DNA of 64,000 nt from Bacilli bacterium (GTDB lineage Bacteria; Bacillota_I; Bacilli_A; RFN20; CAG-826). Below, one piece after another: positions 57,960 to 64,000 of this stretch (positions within the stretch are counted from its first letter, which is position 1; each line of letters starts with the position of its first letter). The notes beneath the pieces were generated by a model. The model searched no databases, had not been told where the DNA came from, and was given only the letters and a program-made list of their open reading frames with translations. The position numbers were made by a program, and so were the translations under genes. The stretch spans positions 502 through 64,501 of the forward strand of contig JBJEDU010000032.1 in the NCBI GenBank assembly GCA_051872395.1. The letters are read 5' to 3'.

Positions 57960-59237
57960 ATGAAATCATTTTTAACAGTCTATCTTGGTTGCAAAGTCAA
58001 TCACTATGAATGCAGTGCGATTAGAACTCTTTTGCTTTATAAAGGTTTAATTGAAGATTTTTCTAATCCAGATGTTGTTATTATTAATACATGTTCAGTT
58101 ACTTCTACTGCGGATCAAAAATCACGTCAAATAATTAGAAGATATCGTAAAAAATTTCCTCATTCAATTCTTGTGGTTATGGGATGTTATTCTCAAATTA
58201 ATCATCAATTTATAATCGAAGAATTAAACGCTGATATTGTCATTGGAACATCTAATCGAAATAAAATTCATGATTATTTGCTTGAATTTGAAAATAATCA
58301 TCAAAAAATTGATGCGACTGATGATAAACCACGCTTATTTTGTGAATATGAAGAATTAAAAGAATCAGCGTGCTCAGAAAATGTCAGAGCGTATTTAAAA
58401 ATCCAAGATGGATGCGATAATTTTTGTAGTTATTGTTTAATTCCTTTTACACGTGGTAAATCTCGTTCAAGAAGTTATTTTGATATTATCAAAGAAGCAA
58501 AATTTTTAATTAAACAAGGATATAAAGAAATTGTAGTGACAGGAATCGATGTTGGAAGCTATGGTAAAGATTTAAAAGAAAATATTTCTTTTTCTTCATT
58601 AATTGAGGAATTATTGAAATTAGATGGTTTAAATAGACTTAGAATTTCTTCGATTGAAGCGAGTCAAATCGATGAAAAATTAATTTCATTATTTTCAAAA
58701 TATCCAAACCTCGCTAAACATTTGCACATTCCTCTTCAATCTGGTTCTAATACTGTTTTAGAAAGAATGAATAGAAAATATGTGACAGAAGATTTTTATC
58801 AAAAGATTCAATTAATTCATTCTTCTGTCGATAATATCGCTTTAACCACTGATGTCATTGTTGGATTTCCAGGAGAAACTGAGGAAGAATTTTTAGAAAC
58901 ATTTAATTTTATTAAAAAATGTAATTTTTCAATGGTTCATGTATTTCCTTTCTCTTCAAGAAAAGGAACAAAAGCCTCATTATTAAAAAATCAAATTTCA
59001 CCTGATATAAAAAATGATAGAGTCCATAAATTATTAGATTTATCTAATTATTTATATCGACAATTTGTCGATAAAAATATCAATCAAAAGCAATTAGTTT
59101 TAATTGAACAATATTTAAAGGATGAACAAAAATTAATCGGTCATACCTCAAACTATATCGAAGTTAAAATTCCAGAAACTAAAGATTTATCAGGCGAATT
59201 TATAGAAATTGTTTTAAATAGTAAGATATTATCGTAA
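57960..59237 (+). CDS. mtaB: tRNA (t6A37) methylthiotransferase MtaB (radical SAM, MiaB-like)
   Basis: MTTase N-domain cysteines, radical SAM motif CDNFCSYC and a C-terminal TRAM-like domain. Confidence 0.85.
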   Translation: MKSFLTVYLGCKVNHYECSAIRTLLLYKGLIEDFSNPDVVIINTCSVTSTADQKSRQIIRRYRKKFPHSILVVMGCYSQINHQFIIEELNADIVIGTSNRNKIHDYLLEFENNHQKIDATDDKPRLFCEYEELKESACSENVRAYLKIQDGCDNFCSYCLIPFTRGKSRSRSYFDIIKEAKFLIKQGYKEIVVTGIDVGSYGKDLKENISFSSLIEELLKLDGLNRLRISSIEASQIDEKLISLFSKYPNLAKHLHIPLQSGSNTVLERMNRKYVTEDFYQKIQLIHSSVDNIALTTDVIVGFPGETEEEFLETFNFIKKCNFSMVHVFPFSSRKGTKASLLKNQISPDIKNDRVHKLLDLSNYLYRQFVDKNINQKQLVLIEQYLKDEQKLIGHTSNYIEVKIPETKDLSGEFIEIVLNSKILS

Positions 59238-59273
59238 TAATTTTATATTTTCTTTGTCAATGTTAAAATTTAT

Positions 59274-59303
59274 TTGACTATTTAATATATAATTACATAT
59301 AAT
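59274..59303 (+). promoter_or_regulatory. Putative promoter of rpmF
   Basis: TTGACT, an 18-nt spacer, then TATAAT, about 27 nt upstream of the rpmF ATG. Confidence 0.4.
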
Positions 59304-59329
59304 AATTGAGACTTAAGGAGGTGACTAAT

Positions 59330-59575
59330 ATGGCAGTCCCACAAAGAAGAATTTCAAAAACTCGTAAAAGATTAAGAAGAACACACTTTAAATTACATGT
59401 AACCGGATTAGTTACTTGTCCTAAATGTGGTGAAATGATTAAATCTCACCATGTTTGCCCAAAATGTGGTTATTATGCTGGAAAGCATGTTGTTAACGAT
59501 GGCAAACTCGTTACCAAAGAAGAAGTTAAAAAAGAAACCACAGCAGGCAAAAAGAGCGCTAAAAAAGCTGATTAA
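59330..59575 (+). CDS. rpmF: 50S ribosomal protein L32 with an extended K-rich C-terminus
   Basis: [22 protein letters not shown] plus a CPKCG...CPKCG zinc ribbon. RBS TAAGGAGGTG is upstream. Confidence 0.92.
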   Translation: MAVPQRRISKTRKRLRRTHFKLHVTGLVTCPKCGEMIKSHHVCPKCGYYAGKHVVNDGKLVTKEEVKKETTAGKKSAKKAD

Positions 59576-59591
59576 TTAAATCTTTTATAAA

Positions 59592-59626
59592 AAATACCTC
59601 AAATCTAGCAAAGAGGTATTTTTTTA
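59592..59626 (+). terminator. Intrinsic terminator after rpmF
   Basis: AATACCTC-AAATCTAGCAAA-GAGGTATT hairpin followed by TTTTTTT. Confidence 0.7.
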
Positions 59627-59711
59627 TCTTTAGAATTTTTATTCTAATCATTTTTATTTATTTGATATAATTATTTTTAGAAAGGATCGATTTATAATCG
59701 AGAATATAATT

Positions 59712-60347
59712 ATGAATTATAATAAATTTATTGATCACACCTTATTAAAACAAGATGCGACCCCTGAACAAATTATCAAACTATGCGAAGAAGCTAAACA
59801 ATATCATTTTATGTCCGTTTGTGTTAATCCTGGTTATGTACCTTTAGCCGCTAGTGCATTACAAGGTAGCGATGTTAAAGTTTGTACTGTTGTTGGATTT
59901 CCGCTTGGCATGAATTTAACTAAAACAAAATTACAAGAAACTGAACTCGCTTTGTCTTTAGGCGCTGAAGAGATTGATATGGTCATCAATGTTGGCATGC
60001 TCAAAGACCATCAAGATGAATATGTCGGTCAAGAAATTGCCTTATTAAAACAAGCATGTGGATCAAAAGTTTTAAAAGTTATTATTGAAACATGTTTATT
60101 AACCGACGAAGAAAAAGTTAGAGCTTGTTTATTAGCAAAAGAAGCTGGAGCGGATTTTGTTAAAACTTCCACTGGATTTTCTACTGGTGGAGCGACAGTT
60201 CATGATGTCAAATTAATGAGAGAAACTGTTGGCCCTGATATGGGAGTTAAAGCTTCTGGTGGGGTTAAGACCCATCAAGATTTACTTGATATGATTGAAG
60301 CTGGCGCTTCTCGAATCGGAACATCTTCTGGAATCAAAATTATTTAA
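59712..60347 (+). CDS. deoC: Deoxyribose-phosphate aldolase
   Basis: Motifs [17 protein letters not shown] and the Schiff-base Lys region FVKTSTGF. 211 aa. Confidence 0.92.
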   Translation: MNYNKFIDHTLLKQDATPEQIIKLCEEAKQYHFMSVCVNPGYVPLAASALQGSDVKVCTVVGFPLGMNLTKTKLQETELALSLGAEEIDMVINVGMLKDHQDEYVGQEIALLKQACGSKVLKVIIETCLLTDEEKVRACLLAKEAGADFVKTSTGFSTGGATVHDVKLMRETVGPDMGVKASGGVKTHQDLLDMIEAGASRIGTSSGIKII

Positions 60348-60355
60348 TAATATAT

Positions 60356-60949
60356 ATGGATATAATGTCTTTATTCCATATCAAAAGAGAAAATACAGAA
60401 TTTGGTTTTTATTCTTTTTTGATATTCGCGTTAATTAAAATATTTGTATTTATTGGAAATTGTATAAGTGATATTTCTTTCATTTATTACGATTTATTTT
60501 CGTTATTATTTTATCTTTCGATAATTGGATTATGTCTTAGAGGATTCAAATATGACCGTCCTCGTTTAGTGGATGTTGGATCGACGATTCTATTTATTTA
60601 TTCTGGTGTCCAAGGTTTTATTATGCTTCCTTCTATTTCTATCGTTAGCGGTGATATTTTATTTAATATTTATACGATATTAAACTTCATGTTAAATTTA
60701 TTAACATGTGCTGCATTTTCACTTTTTGTTTCCAATTGGATTAGACCAATAAGCAAACTTGGAGATATTGAAAGAATTTTATTATTTATTGCTTCCATTA
60801 TTTCAGTTGCAATTTTCGTAATTTATATTTTTATGAATTTGACTTTTATAAAAAGTAACATTAGCTTTTTATTTTCTTGTTTTACCTTTCTTTCAAACGT
60901 GGTATTTTATATCGCGATGATGTATTCAACTTACTATTTGTATAAATAA
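60356..60949 (+). CDS. Hypothetical polytopic membrane protein
   Basis: Hydrophobic ORF with about 5 TM helices. Confidence 0.45.
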   Translation: MDIMSLFHIKRENTEFGFYSFLIFALIKIFVFIGNCISDISFIYYDLFSLLFYLSIIGLCLRGFKYDRPRLVDVGSTILFIYSGVQGFIMLPSISIVSGDILFNIYTILNFMLNLLTCAAFSLFVSNWIRPISKLGDIERILLFIASIISVAIFVIYIFMNLTFIKSNISFLFSCFTFLSNVVFYIAMMYSTYYLYK

Positions 60950-61005
60950 TTATAATCAAAATCGATTTTTTGCCCTATTTATATATTAAAGGGGGTAAAA
61001 AACCG

Positions 61006-61758
61006 ATGCATAAGAATCCTGGCATTTTTAAAGAAGAAGAATTTGTCTTCAAACTCAATAACAAAAAATTTAAAGAACTTACAAACAATTTCAAAAACAT
61101 GATTAATGAAATTTTTGGTGTTGTTGACGATAATCAATTAATTGAATGTTCGTTACATCCAGGATTTCAAAAACCAGATGTGAAAATTAAGTGCGCTGAT
61201 AGAGAAGTTTATGTTTCTATCAAATCTGGTCGCGCGACAGAAATTCACGAAGAAAGCGTAAAAGATTTCGTTTTGTTTTTAAAAGCGGAAGGCATTAGTC
61301 GCGAATCAATTAAAACTGTATTATTTTACATTTATGGTGATGGTTCCTATGATGGCAGTGGTAAAAGGAGATACGAATATAACGAACTTCGGATGATGTT
61401 AAGAACTCGTATTAAACTATTAAATATTGAGCTTAACAAAAGCAAAGATTTTGTCAAAAAAGTGATTGAAAAATATCTTTTTAAAGGTTCTAGAAAAGAA
61501 TTTATTGAAGCAGATTACATATATTTTGGCAACGCTGATTATGGTGTAATTTGTAACAAAAAGCAAATATTTAAACATATTGATGTTAAAAACTGGTCTT
61601 TCATGAGTAATCCTCATATTGGACCTCTTCAATTTAGACCACACGCCAGATATATAAATAAACCGGTAAAAAATGAAAAATATAGACATATTGTCGATAT
61701 TTGGTGGGCAAATTTATTTGAGGATTTAGATTATATATCAAGCCGTTATAATGGATAA
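61006..61758 (+). CDS. Hypothetical protein
   Basis: ORF with RBS AAGGGGGT 8 nt upstream of ATG 61006. No confident motif. The PDVKIK...E..K segment is only weakly suggestive of a nuclease-like fold. Confidence 0.45.
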   Translation: MHKNPGIFKEEEFVFKLNNKKFKELTNNFKNMINEIFGVVDDNQLIECSLHPGFQKPDVKIKCADREVYVSIKSGRATEIHEESVKDFVLFLKAEGISRESIKTVLFYIYGDGSYDGSGKRRYEYNELRMMLRTRIKLLNIELNKSKDFVKKVIEKYLFKGSRKEFIEADYIYFGNADYGVICNKKQIFKHIDVKNWSFMSNPHIGPLQFRPHARYINKPVKNEKYRHIVDIWWANLFEDLDYISSRYNG

Positions 61759-61843
61759 TTTTAGACAAAAGGTTTCCTTTGTTATGGGCCCGAAAAAAAG
61801 TTGTTGACTAACCCCAGCGATTATAATATCATTAATATTATAT

Positions 61844-61920
61844 CGCGGGGTAGAGCAGTCTGGTAGCTCGTCGGGCCCATAACCCGGAGGCCATTGGTTC
61901 AAATCCATTCCCCGCAACCA
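61844..61920 (+). tRNA. Initiator tRNA-fMet (anticodon CAT)
   Basis: C1xA72 mismatch, three consecutive G:C pairs closing the anticodon loop (GGGCCCAUAACCC), encoded CCA. Confidence 0.9.
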
Positions 61921-61930
61921 ATTGTTTGTA

Positions 61931-61960
61931 ACAGCATCGACAAAATCGATGCTGTTTTTT
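61931..61960 (+). terminator. Intrinsic terminator after the initiator tRNA
   Basis: ACAGCATCGA-CAAAA-TCGATGCTGT hairpin followed by TTTTTT. Confidence 0.8.
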
Positions 61961-62085
61961 ATTTAAAAAAAGGCGATGATAGTGCCTGCAAACGCAAAAC
62001 AAATTAATTCATCTAAATAATTATGTGGGTGCATTGTATCATTCCTACCCATTACTGGCAGACAAAAAAGATTAATGTCTTACAA

Positions 62086-62113
62086 TAAAAGAAAAGAGAC
62101 TCTTATGAGTCCC
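62086..62113 (-). terminator. Intrinsic terminator after rpsU
   Basis: Minus strand GGGACTCATAAGAGTCTC hairpin followed by TTTTCTTTT. Confidence 0.6.
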
Positions 62114-62122
62114 TAATGCTTG

Positions 62123-62299
62123 TTATTTACGATTTTTTCTTCTAGCGTTTTCGCTTTTTAATTTTCTTTTTAAACCTGGTTTAAGATAAAATTCACGGCG
62201 TTTCGCTTCTTGAATGATACCTGCTTTATTGACTTGGCGTTTAAATCTGCGAATTGCATCATCAAGATTTTCATTGTCTCTGACTATTGTTTTTGGCAT
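62123..62299 (-). CDS. rpsU: 30S ribosomal protein S21. It is not in the supplied ORF track because it is below the size cut-off.
   Basis: Minus-strand translation [58 protein letters not shown]. Strong RBS GGAGGTG is upstream. Confidence 0.9.
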   Translation of the reverse strand: MPKTIVRDNENLDDAIRRFKRQVNKAGIIQEAKRREFYLKPGLKRKLKSENARRKNRK

Positions 62300-62482
62300 T
62301 TAAATCACCTCCTCATTTTCAAAACAATATGATTATATCTATATATTAGAGACAATTCAAGTTTAAATTTAAATTAGACTAATCAATGATAATTCATTGA
62401 TGGGGATATTGTTCACTCCTCTTTTAGGTATTGAAATCAAATGACTTTTTCGATAGCATATTTAAAGGCGGATTTTATTATG

Positions 62483-63658
62483 AATATTACAGTTGTTTGT
62501 GATGTATTAGGTGAGGCCAATAACGGTACTACTCTCGCTGCATTAAATTTGATTAATTCTTTAAAACAAAAAGGTCATAAAGTAAATGTTATTTGTCCCG
62601 ATCCTCTTAGAAGTGGTGAAGAGGGATTCTTTATTATGCCTTTATGTTCTTTTGGTATATTAAATAGTTATGTTAAGCATAATGGCGTTTCAATTGCTAA
62701 AAGTGATGTCAGCATCATCGATAAAGCGTGTAAAGACGCTGATATAGTGCATAGTATGCTTCCATTTTCAGTAGGAAGAGCAGCAGTTAAATATTGTATC
62801 GAACATAAAATACCAATTACATCAGGATTTCACGCGCAAGCGGAAAATTTAACTTCACATGTTTTTTCAATGAATATTAAATTGATTAATCGTTGTGTTT
62901 ATAACAATTTATGGAATCATTACTATAAATATGTTGACGCTATTCACTTCCCAACAAGATTTATTTGTGAAGTAGCAACAAAATTTGGTATGAAAGGTCC
63001 AAAGCCTTACATAATTTCTAATGGCGTTCAAACTAATTTATTCAATACTAATGTTAAGGTTGAACGACCAAAATATTTGGATGGTTCCTTTGTTATTGTA
63101 ATGAGTGGAAGATTATCAAAAGAAAAAAATCAAAAAATATTAATTGATGCGATAAGTAAATCAAAATATAAAAATATTATTCAGCTCATTTTAGCGGGCG
63201 ATGGTCCAAGAAAACATGCTCTATTTAAATACGGAATGAAAAAGTTAAAAAATCAACCGATTATCAGAGCATTTAAGCACGAAGAATTAAATACTGTTTT
63301 ACGATACGCTGATTTATATGTTCATACTTCAATTATAGAAATTGAAGCCATCAGTTGTTTAGAAGCTTTAGCGTGTGGTTTAGTCCCAGTTATCGCTAAT
63401 TCACCTCGCAGTGCTACAAGTAAATTTTCCTTACGACCAGAATCAAGCTTTAATTATCGCTCTGCAAAAGATTTGGCTAAAAAGATTGACTGGTGGATTG
63501 AACATCCAGAGATAAAAAAAGAAGCATCGATAGAATATTCGGAATATGCTAAAGAATTTGACTTCAATAAATGTATGGATAGAATGGAACAAATGCTTAT
63601 TGAAGTAAAAGAAAACTATAATCCTGAAAGACCATGGCTAAAAAAGAAAAGAAAATAA
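62483..63658 (+). CDS. GT4-family glycosyltransferase (candidate diacylglycerol / glycolipid glycosyltransferase)
   Basis: C-terminal Glycos_transf_1 signature (MSGRLSKEKNQ...EIEAISCLEALACGLVPVIAN, the EX7E motif). ATG 62483 (MNITVVCD) is the probable start. Confidence 0.8.
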   Translation, partial: NITVVCDVLGEANNGTTLAALNLINSLKQKGHKVNVICPDPLRSGEEGFFIMPLCSFGILNSYVKHNGVSIAKSDVSIIDKACKDADIVHSMLPFSVGRAAVKYCIEHKIPITSGFHAQAENLTSHVFSMNIKLINRCVYNNLWNHYYKYVDAIHFPTRFICEVATKFGMKGPKPYIISNGVQTNLFNTNVKVERPKYLDGSFVIVMSGRLSKEKNQKILIDAISKSKYKNIIQLILAGDGPRKHALFKYGMKKLKNQPIIRAFKHEELNTVLRYADLYVHTSIIEIEAISCLEALACGLVPVIANSPRSATSKFSLRPESSFNYRSAKDLAKKIDWWIEHPEIKKEASIEYSEYAKEFDFNKCMDRMEQMLIEVKENYNPERPWLKKKRK

Positions 63659-64000
63659 TATATTATTCTGACCAATTGCATGACGATTTTGCGTTTAACA
63701 AAATTAAAACAAAAACAGTTAAAGAAGATTATAAATACATCCATAAAAACATATTTTTTAGGATGTTTTCTTGGTTTTTGAGATATATAATTGCTGTCCC
63801 AGTTTTGTCTTTTGTTACATTTTTTTGTGCTGGAACAAGAATATACAATAAAAAGGTATTGAAAGAAGTAAAACATAAAGGATATTTTTTATACGCGAAT
63901 CATACACAAACCCTTGATCCATGTATTCACGCTGTTAGAATCAATCCTTTTAAATATACTTGCATCATTGCTTCTCATGATGCTTTTTCAATTAATCCAT
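63634..64000 (+). CDS. PlsC-family (1-acyl-sn-glycerol-3-phosphate-type) acyltransferase. 3' partial: it runs off the window end. Not in the ORF track.
   Basis: The frame opens at ATG 63634 (MAKKEKKIIYYSDQLHDDF...) with a TM segment and the HX4D acyltransferase motif ANHTQTLD. Overlaps the GT4 3' end by 25 nt. Confidence 0.6.
   Translation, partial: MAKKEKKIIYYSDQLHDDFAFNKIKTKTVKEDYKYIHKNIFFRMFSWFLRYIIAVPVLSFVTFFCAGTRIYNKKVLKEVKHKGYFLYANHTQTLDPCIHAVRINPFKYTCIIASHDAFSINP

Noticed and set aside
61800-61843. Promoter for the initiator tRNA (TTGACT ... TATAAT)
   Set aside because: Candidate hexamers exist (TTGACT at 61804, TATAAT at 61822, TATTAT at 61836) but the spacings are 12 or 26 nt, so no confident −35/−10 pair could be assigned.
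1-64000. Search for mobile elements, prophage genes, CRISPR arrays or toxin-antitoxin pairs
   Set aside because: No transposase or integrase motifs, no direct-repeat/spacer arrays, and no long terminal inverted repeats were seen. The tRNA-adjacent regions contain only housekeeping or hypothetical genes.

Overview
This is a very AT-rich (about 28% GC), gene-dense chromosomal segment. It uses the standard genetic code: TGA acts as a stop and all conserved genes read through intact. The gene content looks like a Mollicutes/Erysipelotrichia-type low-GC Firmicute: an RNA polymerase delta subunit, a PotA with a long C-terminal tail, a CIRCE element and MacB/FtsX-type fused ABC transporters. Most of the window is housekeeping: ychF, ispF, argS, rpoE, fba, pgi, gpmI, metK, hpf, ldh, add, deoC, rpmF, rpsU, rsmE, mtaB, mscL, mgtE and a potABCD spermidine/putrescine transporter. 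Interleaved are surface glycoconjugate genes: a GtrA–flavoenzyme–GT-C operon, a LicD–TarI–TarJ CDP-ribitol module, a LicA-like kinase, a UDP-sugar dehydrogenase, and a GT4 glycosyltransferase followed by a PlsC-like acyltransferase. There are 16 tRNA genes, in clusters of 2, 5 and 7 plus single tRNA-Leu and initiator tRNA-fMet genes. I found no transposases, integrases, prophage genes or CRISPR arrays. The main items worth a second look are: the gtrA/FAD-oxidoreductase/GT-C lipid-linked-sugar operon; the ribitol-phosphate LicD module next to the 7-tRNA cluster; a minimised S-box-like leader (no canonical GGGA/GCCC helix) with terminator upstream of metK; a perfect CIRCE operator in front of an hsp20 gene; a PotC–PotD fusion that keeps an internal lipobox; tandem fused ABC-ATPase/FtsX proteins; a CxxC thioredoxin-like lipoprotein; an rpsU gene missed by the ORF track; and several small repeat/stem structures around tRNA genes.
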